Shown here: piece after piece, positions 1 through 12,471 of the stretch
How the letters are laid out: each line of letters begins with the position of its first letter
Numbering within the stretch: the first letter of the stretch is position 1
The notes under the pieces: model-generated
Database searches by the model: none
What the model was told of the DNA's origin: nothing
Seen by the model: only the letters and a program-made list of their open reading frames with translations
Made by a program: the position numbers and the translations under genes
DNA from: Vicugna vicugna
Taxonomy: Eukaryota
NCBI GenBank assembly: GCA_013265495.1
Contig: MU058844.1
Coordinates: forward strand, 3,663,895 to 3,727,894
Direction of reading: 5' to 3'
Length of the DNA: 64,000 bases

Positions 1-804
1 TTATTACTGTAATCACAGCACTAAAAGAATACCCAAGAACCTAGTCTAGTATCAAAGTAATCTTGTTTGTAAGATTTTTCTTCTTTGTGTGTACTTTGAT
101 TGACAGTGATAGCTCCCTCTTCAAGTAATCATTAAATATTTTCTTTATCGTCCTTTATGATTTGTACTTAAGTAACTCACTCTTCAACATTTCTCTAAGG
201 GCTTTGGGATTTTTCAAAGGTATTAGTTTAACATTGTCTTCACAATATCCATCTAAAATCCTGTCTTTGAAAGTATTTGAATTTTCTTGCAAATTTTCCT
301 CTTCTTTTGAGATAAACGTGGCACTCATTTCCTAAATGAGTAGTTATCCCACTTTTATTACCATTGAATTTTGCCTATAGAATAAACCATTTAATTGCAA
401 CTGCACTATTAGTGGAAATTGTTTCACCCATGACCTTCAACTTATGTTACTGCAGTGTTGCATACTCTTAAATCTCTTGGCCTATTGTGGACTTGTAAGT
501 TCCATTTCTTCACTGAATCAATTCCCTGCTTCCTTACTTCTTTCCTAGTCCTTGAGGATATTCAATGCCTTCTACTTTAACATGCTGCTCAATGGTATAC
601 CCTGACAACTATTAATTCATTACCCCCAAGAAACCTCTAGTTTCTCAAAAAATAATGTGTTGTGCTTCGGTAACATGATGAAACTTTCTAAAACTAATAA
701 TATTTAGAGAAATTATTATTAAAAATTATTATGTGGTAATGGTGGCACATGTGTGGCCAAGAATTTGTTTTGATATATGTGTTAACATTTCTATTTTCCT
801 TCAG

Positions 805-941
805 ATATGTGCCTGTTCTGGAACTCTTAGGTTCATCTCACTTCTCTACAGCCTTTTCCACTTTCTTAAAAAACATTTTTCCTTAAAATGTGGGGAAGAT
901 GGATTATAATATGTTCAAACATAGGGTATGCAGAGAGCCAG
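805..941 (+). other. putative exon (non-coding or stop-containing) of an unidentified + strand transcript
   Basis: Strong acceptor ttaacatttctattttccttcag| before 805 and donor CAG|GTGAGA after 941. Length 137 nt; all three frames contain a stop. Confidence 0.3.
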
Positions 942-1063
942 GTGAGATACATCCTCTTGCCTGCATTATTGCCTATTTTCACATTTTCATTAGTGTGCTG
1001 GGCATATTTAATAAGATGGATTTGTAACATAGACAGTAAATTTTGTGTGAAAACTGTCTGCAG

Positions 1064-1087
1064 TTCATCTGGACAAATGTACGAGTG
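1064..1087 (+). other. putative 24 nt exon (alternative acceptor at 994)
   Basis: Strong donor GTG|GTAAGA at 1087/1088. Acceptor ctgtctgcag| at 1063, or cacattttcattag| at 993. One frame reads SSGQMYEW. Confidence 0.25.
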
Positions 1088-1524
1088 GTAAGAATTCAGA
1101 CAGTAAGGGATAGCTATATGTGTGAAATATTCTGCTATTTCTATGAACAAGATAAATATGAGAATACAGAGAAGTGATAAATATTGCTTGGATAGGATAT
1201 GAAAAATAAAGTCAAGAGGGGGCCTAGGAGGTGGGATGATGAGCTTGGGGAATCAGAATAAAGGGGTTGACATTTGAGGTAGCATAAAGAAGAGGTAAGG
1301 GGTAACTTTTGAAGCAATCCCTGATTTCCCACCTGGCCCCAGAGATTACTCACCCTCCTCTGACCTCTAACAGTCCACCTCTAATTTGTCTCTACTATGA
1401 CATGCATCACACCACACAGTAATGTTTACATATTTGCCTTAACCATGATCAACCTTACTTATCTTTTTCCCATCCTAAGAGAATGCTTGGGACAATACAA
1501 AGCTCAGTAAATTTGTTGAGTTAC

Positions 1525-2100
1525 TTATTTAACTTTTGTTGAGCACTTCCTATATCCCAGGCATTATTCTAGGCATTGAGAAAGAGCAATGAATCAAATC
1601 AAAAAGCGTATGCCCTCATAACACACTTCATTGGGTTTGTTTTTGTAATAAGAGATTATGACATTAACACAGTTAATATACATGATTATATATGAGCTGT
1701 AATAATTAAGTCAGGAGATAAACTAAATTTCCAGTAATGGCAAGTGCCATGCAGAAAACAGATCAGAGTAAGAGGTTAGAGAAGGACTGGGAGTGCCATC
1801 TTGGATGGGTTGGTCAGGGAAGGTCTCTTTGATGAGGGAACATTTGAGAAGAGGTGTGAATGAAGTGACAGAGTGAGTGTGACTAAGGAAGAAACAATGT
1901 GACTAATTTAAGTGTGACTATCTAAGGAAGAAACAATGTGACTATCTAAGGAAGAAATTTCTAAGCAGAGAACATGGTGAGTCCAAAGACCATGAGATGG
2001 AAGCATGTATTACTTGCTGTAGAACAGAGGGGAAGAACAATGAGTTTGGAGAGTAGCCAGGCACCGATCACAGAGAGCTTTGTAGCCATGAATGAATGAG
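1525..2100 (-). mobile_element. LINE-2 fragment
   Basis: ttgagcacttcctatatcccaggcattattctaggc...gcaagtgccatgcagaaaa...ggtcagggaaggtctctttgatgagg matches the reverse complement of the L2 3' region. Confidence 0.75.
1877..1957. repeat. local tandem duplication, ~24 bp unit tgtgactatctaaggaagaaacaa, inside the L2
   Basis: About three near-identical copies read directly. Confidence 0.85.
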
Positions 2101-2439
2101 TGATTTATAGGAAAATGAAGTAGCATAAGCAAAGCTGTGAAGGCAAGAAAGTATGACATTTTCTTGGAAGGGTATGGCTATAGAAAAAGTGTATTTTTCC
2201 TAGAGAATAGAGTTCAAAGCATAAGGTTCATGATCCTCATCAATTTCATCTCCACCAAGTGGGAGGAGACAATTTTTTTTTAAAAAACTAGGTTGGGGTG
2301 AAATTGGAGAGGACACAAAATTTATGCTAAAGATTTCAAACTTTATTCTATAGAAACTGGGTAACTTTGAAGATTTTTTGAGCTACCTTATCACAAAGGT
2401 ATTATCAGGAGCCTTTCATGTATTTTTGGTGGAATTGTT

Positions 2440-3060
2440 ATTATTCAGGGTTCTCATACATTATTGGTAGAACTATAAATTGGCACAATAATTCTGAAGG
2501 GCAATTTTGCAATAATCTATCAAAATTTAAAATGCATATAAAGGCACTGAACTCACTTTTAGAAATCTACCTAAAAATATATGTATGTAAAAATGCACAG
2601 ATATTTATACAGCATTGCCATTGCTTTGTTATTTGTAATAGAGAAAACGAGAAATGAATTACATATCTGTAAGGAACTAGTTAAATAATCATGGCACTTC
2701 AAACAAGGGAATATCATGCTGCCCTTAAAAGGAGTGAGGCAGTTCTGAGTCTACTGATATGGAACGATGATCAGGAAACACTATTAGTGGGAAAAAGAAT
2801 AAAATTATAAAAGCATATTTACACTATGACCCCATTCAAGTAGAAAAAATAATATACATACATGTGCTTGCATTTGTATAGATAATAAATCTAAGAACAG
2901 AACATAACCTTGACTACTTTTATGGAGTTGTTTTTAAGCAGCAATCATGTGGTGGGGCTGGAGAGAGGGATACATTTTACTATATACTCTAAGCTTTTTG
3001 GCCATATTTAAAGTTTTTATACCAAACATGTATTACCTTTTAAACTAATCTTTTTAAAAA
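2440..3060 (+). mobile_element. old LINE-1 (L1MD/ME-like) 3' fragment
   Basis: ctcatacattattggtagaactataaattggcacaat...ggcaattttgcaataatctatcaaaatttaaaatgcat resembles the ORF2 end/3'UTR of ancient L1. Confidence 0.65.
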
Positions 3061-3870
3061 GAAGAATAAAAAGATGTCTTTATCTGAAGGAAATCTCTTG
3101 ATAAAAGTCTACTGGGAACATTAAAGTTTTCCTGAAAAGGTAACTTTAACAAAGGATAATAAATTAAAAATTCATTTATATAATGCCATCCAAAATACCC
3201 ATTTCCAATGAAATTAGTCTATCTAATTATATGTTTCTGGTTCTCAGCCAATGAAAACATTGCTACATAAGACTTTCTAAAAGTTCACTTAACCTGAAAT
3301 ATAATTAAATTAGCTTTTTGAACATTAGCATTCTCTGGGAGCTGCAATACAGATAGCTTGTGCTATGGTCTTTGCTGATTTGATTCTGGTTTTCATTTTT
3401 GAGCCATTTTGATGCACAGATGCTAATCAATAGTCAAAATGCTTCTGGTGAATTTCTCTTCAGCATCTGGAAGAGAATGCTTCGTAGTATTACCAAATAA
3501 ATATTTTGGAGTTGGTTTTTGTGATAACATTGTCATAACATCATTAAAAATCAGAATTTTAATAATTAAAGGGCAGGAAGTGCATTTAGTGTCTGAATAT
3601 TTCTGTTTTGCATTCTGGTATCTGCTGTCTTGTTGGTCCACGTCTGTGTATCTAACTGTTTTCACCAACTGTATCTGAAGCATCTCGAAGGCGAGGAGTG
3701 CAGTACTCTTCACCACAGCTGCTAGCGTGGGAGGTACCTGCCAGCTGAGGTGGCCCTCACAGAGATAGAAATGGAGTTCTCAGAGGTTCCCTTGTTTAGT
3801 TCACCAGCATGTTAAAATTGAGATATTTTTAAAAATTTCAATCCTCTCAGTGTGTTCCTATGTCTTACAG

Positions 3871-3955
3871 GGATCCTTGTTGAGCGATCATATGCCAATG
3901 ACGTGTACAGATTTAAAATTTGTCTCTATGCAATAAAGGAAGACTGACTGGCTTC
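3871..3955 (+). other. putative terminal exon with polyA signal
   Basis: Acceptor gtgttcctatgtcttacag| at 3870 and AATAAA at 3932-3937. Splicing to 1087 gives ...MYEW-DPC-TGA (stop 3881-3883). 3' end approximate. Confidence 0.3.
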
Positions 3956-5869
3956 ACCTCCCTCATGGGGTTAATCACTTTGAGGGGCAACCAACTTCCC
4001 TCTGTTCCTTGTAGCCTCCATTCTTCTTCCCTTACTGTCCTCAACCAATGGGTCACTGAGTTCTGTCTTTCATACCTTTTAAACAGCTCAGGGGGTGTCA
4101 CTCCTCTAGCATGACCTCCACCCTCAGTTCACTGTGAATATAGGGACGTGGACAAATGGTTCTCTCACTGCCTTGGATGGGAAGTGTTCCCACCTGCCTA
4201 CCTCCGTGATAGGGCCTGGTGCATTAGAGACATTTAATAAACCCTTGAATAATGCTTGGACTTTTATGAAAAGTAAGATGCTAGCCTCAAACCATATCAG
4301 CATATATTTATGGAACATTTATGATGTGTGGTGCTCTGGGCAGCATGCTATTGGAGACTGTCGGGAGGTCTGAGATTCTAGAGTCTAAAAATGTAAATGA
4401 TGAAGTAGGTGCCAATAAAACAGAGCTACCTAATAACCAGACATACACAAGTTCAGGCAATGCCACGGGGTGGTGTCTCATTAATCACTAAGTTTGTTAT
4501 ATAGGGCATGGGTGCTAACACTTCAGAGGAGAATTTGGCTTTCGGTGATTGACAAAGACTACACAGAGGAACAGAAATGGGAGCTGATATCAGATTTGAA
4601 CTTGGGTTTGTGTGAGTGGAGATATCCAGGGTAGAAAAGAAGAGAAGGAGCAGAGTAGGGAGAGAGCAGTCTGGTCTCTTAGAGCTGGGGTTTCCTGCAC
4701 AGTAATGTTCTTTCCTTTCTAAGATTATGGAGACTTTGAAGAATTTGATAAATACACTGAATTCCCCTCCAAAAAAATGACCATACTAAAAATGAATGCA
4801 AAATCTTATATACATTTTTAGGGGTTTGTGTACATGTAGCCTACCCACTGACACCAGAAGGGATCCCAGTGGAGTTCATGACCCTCCACTTAAGAATCAC
4901 GTTTCAAGAGAGTAGTGGGGAGACAACGTTGGAGTGTGTAGATTTTGAAGGACCTTTGATAACAAACTAAACAGAAGTAAGGGGGAAAAGTGGAAAGACA
5001 GTCAGTTTTGACTCAGAAATTGCTTTTTCCCTTTTACTCTTTTTATCTATAAACAGGAACAATGATTATACTGTCGAGCTTGCTGAGATGATTAATGGTG
5101 ATAATGATGTAGACAGTACACGACACAGCATGCGTGTATTTATTCCACAGGGAACAACAAGGCCTGAAGATTTCTGATTAATGAATAATACAATTAAAAC
5201 GGGATTTTAGAAGAGAAACTTGTTGGCAGTGTGCACGACGGAATGAAAGGAAAAGAAACTGTAACTGCTCAGTGTAGAAGAGGGGGAAATACTGACGTGC
5301 AGACTGAGATGATTTGGCCATAAACAGCATATTCAGTATGAGTGAGAGCAAGACTTTTTTTTTATAGGGAAGAAATGTTGCATGAGGAGGAGTTAGCATT
5401 TAAAAATATTTCTTCCTTTAAGAGGTCCCTTCACAGGAACTTACTCCCACTTAGTAATTTAGAATAAAGTGTGATTGCATTCATCATAAATGTTCACTTA
5501 AAATATTCAAGAAATAACTGCAGTGGGTAGATTGCATGATAGATCTGTTGAGGTAATAGAAACCTCTTTTGGAGAGTTTTGCAGTAGATTCCACGGAAAG
5601 GCGAGTTAGGATGACGTTCCCAAGAGTAACACCATATGTTTGATTTCTATGTAGGATTTCTGTATTTCTGTTCCTGTCCCTTATGATTCACAGGCGAGAT
5701 TGGTCCCAATTGGTCTACAGATCCTAACTGATGGATATATCTTCTCCCTGTTTCCACTACACTCAACTCAGACCTTTTTTTTTTTTTTTTTTGTCCTACA
5801 TGGCTATTCCATCAGCTTCTTAAGGGACTCTACCTCCAGGACTTTTCTCTATTTAATGCATCCTTTGCA

Positions 5870-6110
5870 AAACAGCCAGAATGCTCTTTCTAAAATAAGC
5901 CATGATCATATTTCTTTCCTGCTTTAAACTCTTCAATGACTCCCCAAGTCCTTCAGGATCTATTTCAGAGTCTACAGCATGGCTTACAATTACCTTCAGT
6001 CTACTTCCCCAGACTTAGCGTCAATCATTCCCTTCCACACCCTCAACTTCTACATTCTTGGCTGTTTCTGAGGCCGACATCTTTGCTGAGAGGCCATTGC
6101 TCTTTTTCTT
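5870..6110 (+). mobile_element. LINE-2 fragment
   Basis: cagccagaatgctctttctaaaa...gatcatatttctttcctgctttaaactcttcaatgactcccc is an L2-type motif. Confidence 0.6.
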
Positions 6111-6479
6111 TGCACGTACGACATTCACTCAATCTACTTTAAACTTAATTGTAGTTTATAATATACAAACAAAGATTAATCATGCAAACCACACTGCGAG
6201 TTTGTTCCTGCTTTACCAAACTCCCTGGGCAAACCAGATACAACTATTAGTATTTCTGGTGCTCCTCTTTCCTTATTCATCTATTTAGCTATTGGTTGAA
6301 TAGAAGTCATCCATTCTATTCCATTCTATCAAATCAGAGGAAGAATATTCCAGAATACTTTGGTCAGGTAATACTTGTTGAGTTTGGCAGTCATAGAGTT
6401 CTGTCGGGTTGGTGTCTGTTACCAGGAGAGAACAGTAGATTATGAGGATGTAGAAGCCAATGAGGACCAGAAACACTCA

Positions 6480-6810
6480 CAGCCTTGAAAGTGTAAGGAC
6501 ATTTTATGTAATTCTAAGGGCTATGAGGAGCCATTGAATGAGCTTACTCAAGAAATCATCCTATTTAGGTTTACTAAAAGATGACATTGGCTACTGGGAG
6601 AAGTGTTGGAGAGAGGAAAGAACAGCTTCCAGAGAACAGGAAGGGGACTAATACAGTGGCATTGCAGGCTAGGGTGTTAGCAGTGGATGGAGAAAAGTGG
6701 TTGCATTTGAGATTCATTTGTGTGGGAAATCAACCAGCTTCCTCCACCGACTAGATGTGGGGAGGTCAGGAGAGGGAGGTATTATCGCTGACTTATAGAT
6801 TTTAGGGGGC
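6480..6810 (-). mobile_element. LINE-2 fragment
   Basis: gtaattctaagggctatgaggagccattgaa...ggtgttagcagtggatggagaaaagtgg is an antisense L2 motif. Confidence 0.6.
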
Positions 6811-8124
6811 AACTGAGAGGAAGAAGAGATTTAAGAAAAGTATCAAGAATCAGGAAAGAAACACAGCATCGTGTAAGTATTAGAGCAGTTAATACATAAT
6901 TACTTTTTCCTCTCTGCTAACCAGTCCTTCAAGTTCTAGGTCATGTCTTCATGGAAATGTCTCTGATCACCTGAGGCAAAAGTCGGTCGGCTCTCCTCTC
7001 TCATTTCTGGAGCACTTATTACTTCACTTGAAGTTTGCACGTCTGTTCCTTATTCTGCTTATCTTGATCTATGATGCTTCCTCTCTCTACACCTAGATTT
7101 TAAAATCAGGGACAGGGGACCTTTTCTTATATGACTTTGAATTTCTGATATCATTAAGTAGAGTCTGGTACACAACAAGTTCTCACTAAAGATTTTTTGA
7201 CTACTTAATTGGAAATATCATTGTGAGAGGAAGTTGGAGAAGGATATGTTATTGGTAGTGATTTCCCCTCTCATATTCTGTTCATAGAGGAAAAAAAAGA
7301 TCATGTGTGTCACCTAATTTCTGAAATGTCTTCATGAGGACAGACTATAAAGAACTATAGAAGAATCTACGATGGCTATAATTTATCACAGTACACAGTT
7401 TTAATAAAGAAAGTTTGAGATAATTCAATGTATTGGTTTTTAAGTCTCTGAATTCACTGTCCCTCACATGAATTAGTGATTCTGGTTGCCTTTGTAAGAA
7501 CAAGGTGATGGTGGGCATGGGAGGAGAGGGCTGAGAGAGAACTTGTGAAAATACATATACCATGTGGTTCCAGGGAATATATGAAAAGTGATGTAACCTC
7601 AGAGGCCATGAAACCTCTTTAAAATGATGCCCGTAAGAGTGCAACCCATACTCTACCTCCTATGCTACATGGTTCATGGTGAAAGTAGGACAGGGCATGC
7701 TAAACCTGTGGGTTTTTGATGGATTCTTTCTCTGACTGTTCCTTTATCTTGGATCACTCTCAAAGTAGCCTCTTACAGCTTCATTTGCCCACCACCCCTG
7801 AGACATTTAAGTGAGGGTGGGGACAGGAGATCTCACTGCTGTCACTTGTCTACCAGATCCTCCTGCTGTTATTAATCACAGTGGGCTCCTTGTTAATGTG
7901 AGTGTTTATACAGATGCAAAAGACATATTTATTGAGCATCTAATGTATGGTAGGATTTTGGCTAGGCTACTTTGACATAGATATGATAACAAACAAATCT
8001 ATGTTCACAAAGAGCATGCAGTGCCAAAGTCAGGTGTCTATACAGGCACACATCTTTTCACAATGGAAATAGAGATTTTCCCAAGGAGAGGCTTAGCTAT
8101 CTGTATTTAGCCATCTATATTTAG

Positions 8125-8318
8125 AATCAGGAAGATCTGGATTAGCAGCTTGACTTCTTCATATTGTACCTATGTGATCTTGGGCAAGATACTTAATTTC
8201 TCCAAGCCTTATTTGCATTAGACCTAAAATAAAGATAATGATACCTTCATTCTAGGGTTGTTATAAGAACTAAATAATATATTCAAAGGTCCTAGTATAT
8301 GTATGATGAGTGCTTAAT
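8125..8318 (+). mobile_element. MIR SINE
   Basis: tgtgatcttgggcaagatacttaatttctccaagcc...aaaataaagataatgatacc MIR core. Confidence 0.75.
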
Positions 8319-11086
8319 AAATCATATATATATAAAATATATATATATATAAATAAACATGAAGGTCTATTCCACTTGTCCAACAAGTGCCTGAACATTC
8401 ATTAGTGGCTCCAACCTTTTCTTTGCAAAGGCAAAGTTGATGATAATGACCTATTTCCTGGGGCTGAGTCAGACAAGTTGGCCCAAGGACTCTTGGTTTC
8501 TCCACAGTCCATGCAGCGTCCTTCCATGGTTTAGCCTCCCGCCCACTCCACCCTTCCCTCTCCCCCACTCCCTCACAGGACTTTCCCTTTCTCCTACTCC
8601 AAGTGATTATGCAAGAGTCAGGTTGCTCTTGAGAATATATACTTTTAAGAACAAACTTGAGAATAAATACTTGATGATTTCAAAGCATGAAATGAGGCAA
8701 TTTGTCTCTCACTTCGTCTATGAGTCAAGAAAGGTATGAGCAATGAGTTTCAATGTGGTCTTCTTTACTGATTTGAAATAAACTTGATAAGTTGTTCACT
8801 GTCTCTTGGCTTAAATTTTCTTGTTTGTAAAAGAGATGATTGTGAAATGAGAATGTTGGATTGCCTTTGATGACTGGAGCTGTGGTATGCTGAAATAGTA
8901 CTGGGAAAGGGCTTGGTGGAAAGATCACTGTCAGAGAAATCAAGACATTTGAACTCTTGGTATCTCTAACAGAGTGATTTTAGATTGGAGATTAAAGAGT
9001 GAGAAGAAGAGAAAACTAATTCTTCGAAAATATCCTGACCCAGTTTCACCTTATACTGGCGATGTGTTCTCCTCTTTCTCTTTTGATCTGAAGATAAGAA
9101 GTAAAAGGATGACCTGAGAAAGGGATGGGAAGAATGTATATCAGAATACAAGTGTTCATGCTGGGAATGGAGTGGGCAGAGCAACTGTTAATTCCACCTA
9201 AAGTTTTCCTCCTTGGTACCAAAGGACATTGTCTTCCTGGTGGGTTTCCAAGAAGGACAATTTTCCAAAGTTAAGGAATAAACATTATACTTAATGACTC
9301 ACTAGATCTATTGTGCAAGAGTTTATCTAACATATTCTCAAACAGACTTACGTTTTCCACTAACATATTTTTGGTGATGATTTTCATAAAGTAATACTTT
9401 TATAAATTTCTAGACAGGATAGATAAGAATAACAGTCTCTAAGAGGAAGCTGGAATATCACTCCCAAGATTCTCTTTTTTCTCAACCCAACCTTCTCACA
9501 TAAATTTAATATAGATTACTCAATGTAAGTATCTTAGATTTGAAAATAAGAATGGGGACTCTTCCTAGTAACTTCTTAGTCACTGTCTCCAGGAGATAGT
9601 ATCATCTTGACACGCCCAGAAGTAGAAGAGTGTACATAATCATGGGTTTCCTTAAGTTGGTCTGTTTTCCCATAAACAACAAACCACAGTGCTGTCGTGA
9701 CACTTACACTATCATTCCACTCATTTAAAAGTAAGTGCTGACTTTTTGTCACTATCACTGACAGGTTTAGCATATTTTCTACCTGTTGAAACTAGAGAAA
9801 GCATTTCTGACCATTAAAAATAAAACTATCTACCCCAAGTTTAGCTTTCCTATAAAATGCTACTTATTAGGCAATCCTCATTTGCATGGAGGAAAATGAA
9901 AGGGTGCTGTGGCAGAGTGACTATTTGGAGAAGAGAGGCAGGAGAAACTACATTCAATGTTCAGAGGATGCCTGTCTGTGTGAGGAGGTAATCCTTGAGC
10001 CAAGAACAGAAGGGTAATGATGACAACCCACACAATAAGGCTCTCTAATTATTGAGTGCTTAATTATATTCTAGTCATTTAAATACATTAATTCACTGGG
10101 TCCTGGGAGTCACACTCCCAACTCCTCACTTTTAAAAGTCCCTGCTGTTGTGGTTAAGTCCTATGAAAAACTGGGGGAAAATATTTCAGGAGAAGGAATG
10201 GTAGGTAGAGGGTCTCTAAGTAGGCACAAAGCCAGGGATGTTGAGGAACAAGAAGTCCAGAGAGGCTTGTGAGGAATGAGGGAGGGAGGAGGATTTACAC
10301 CTGTGAGGAAGTGTGCTGCTGGCCACAGGAAAGAGTTTTTATTTCACTCTTGTCTTAAGACTTGTTACCTCATTCACTATCATTATATTTTAGATATTTG
10401 AAGGTAAACTTGCTTCTAATTTATACTCTATCTATGCAATGAACCTGAGTGTACCAGGTGAACAGACACAGGATAGTTTTTCTTTAAAAATGCATATCTT
10501 TTATCCTCGATAATTTATAGACAATCACTGTGTGAACAAAATTTAGCTATCAAACATTTCCCTTTCTTAAAACATCCAAGTCTAAATAATTCACTAAATT
10601 GAATAATATCACTCTCTATAGTCCAAACCAGGCTTATTGACCATTCCAACATATTGTTTCTATCAGCTGCCTTTTCCTCTTAGGACTTCCGAGAAAGTAT
10701 AAATATTTAACATCTTTGAGCAATTTGAGCAATCATTGTTTGCTCTGATATTAAAAATGCAGTAGTGATGAAAAAAAAGTCTTTCTAACAGAATACAGAC
10801 CTAAATCTAGATAAACAAAGCTTTCTTGTCCATAAACTTCTCTCAGGAAGCCATGCCTATCTTTAACAGCATTGTTTCAGTTTAGGTTTATCCTTTTAAC
10901 ACATTGAGTCATTGTTTGGTGATCAGAATTATCTCCCCTAGCATTTCATCCCCCTAAGAAACTGGCTCGAAGGTTTGATTACTGTTAAGACATAATGGTC
11001 ACCAGAAAGCAAGGACAAAGCTTTGTTGGTACTAAGGAAGTTAACATCCTAAAATACCACAGTGGGTAGAAATGACAGAAATGACC

Positions 11087-11923
11087 TTTTAAAAAAAAAT
11101 TGAAGTATGTTTGATTTACAATGTTGTAATTTCTGGTGTAGAGCATAATGATTCAGTATATATGTATTCTTTTTCATATTCTTTTTCATTATAGGCCATT
11201 ACAAAGTATTGAATACAGTTCCCTGTGCTATACAGTAGGATCTTGTTGTTCATCTGTTTTATATAAGGTAATGTATATCTGCAAATCCCGAACTCCCAAT
11301 TTATCCCTCCTCTTCTCCTTTCCCCTCTGGTAACCACAAGTTTGTTTTCTACATCTGTGAGTCTGTTTCTGTTTTTAAAATAAGTTAATTTGTCTCATTT
11401 TTAAAGATTCCACATATAAGTGACAGCGTATGGTATTTTTCTTTCTCTTTCTAGCTTATTTCACTTAGTATGACAATTTCCAGGTCCATCCATGTTGCTG
11501 CAAGTGGTATTATTTTATTTATTTATTTTTTATGGCTGAGTAGTATTCCATTGTGTGTATATATATATATACCACATCTTCTTTATCCAATCATCTGTCC
11601 ATGGACATTTAGGTTGCTTCCATGTCTTGGCTATTATAAACAGTGCTGTTATGAACACCGGGGTGCATGTATCTTTTCAAATTAGAGTTCCTCTGTATAT
11701 ATGCCCAGGAGTGGGATTGCTGGATCATAGGGTAAGTCTATTTTCAGTTTTTTAAGAAATCTCCATACTACTTTCCATAATGGTTGCACCAAACTACATT
11801 CTCACCAATAGTGTAGGAGGGTTCCCTTTTCTCTACACCCTCTCCAGCATTTATTTTTTGTGGACTTTTGAATGATGGCCATTCTGACTGGTGTGAGGTG
11901 ATACCTCATAGTAGTTTTGATTT
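11087..11923 (-). mobile_element. 5'-truncated LINE-1 (relatively young; ORF2 C-terminus plus 3'UTR) with TSD
   Basis: Minus strand translates [74 protein letters not shown] (L1 ORF2 cysteine-rich C-terminus). TSD acagaaatga at 11075-11084 and 11926-11935. Confidence 0.95.
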
Positions 11924-12123
11924 ACACAGAAATGATTTTTCTTCTCCTGAGTAGAATTAGAAAACTGAGTTCTTGCACAATGATGGAGGAGATATTTTGG
12001 AAGTCCTAAATGATATGAGAATCTCTTCCACAGGAAAAAAAAAACAAAAATTAAACATAGGGAGTAGCTTAGTACATAGGGTATTAAGAAGACGTGAAAA
12101 AAATTTGACCCATGAGATTGGTG

Positions 12124-12471
12124 AGGGTTGTTTTAGGGGAGTTACTAAGAAAGAGGACAGAAAAAGCTTGATCCAGATGTAAGTACTTAATGTTTATTAT
12201 TTGAGTCCAGAAATGGATGGGAGTGAGTAAAAGGGGACGTTCCCTCAGTAGGTTGATGTTTTTGGCAGCAGTACAACCGATGTTGCAAGAAGGGAAACAG
12301 TCTCAAGATGAAAATCTCTTACAGGTTGGCATTTGCCCAAAACTGTAATGTTGACAGGGAAGTGTGGGCACACCCAAAAACATCCTGGTTAAATTGCAGG
12401 TGTTGTGCAAAACCACGTGGGAAGAGCAAATATTTTATAACTAGTAAGCAGATTCTGGCAGTTGCCTTACA
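12124..12471 (-). mobile_element. possible ancient ERV solo LTR
   Basis: Ends gttgccttaca (TG start on the minus strand). tttatt (minus-strand AATAAA) lies near the left end. Family not determined. Confidence 0.35.

Noticed and set aside
11116..11755. Several short ORFs
   Set aside because: L1 3'UTR or antisense ORF2 translations.
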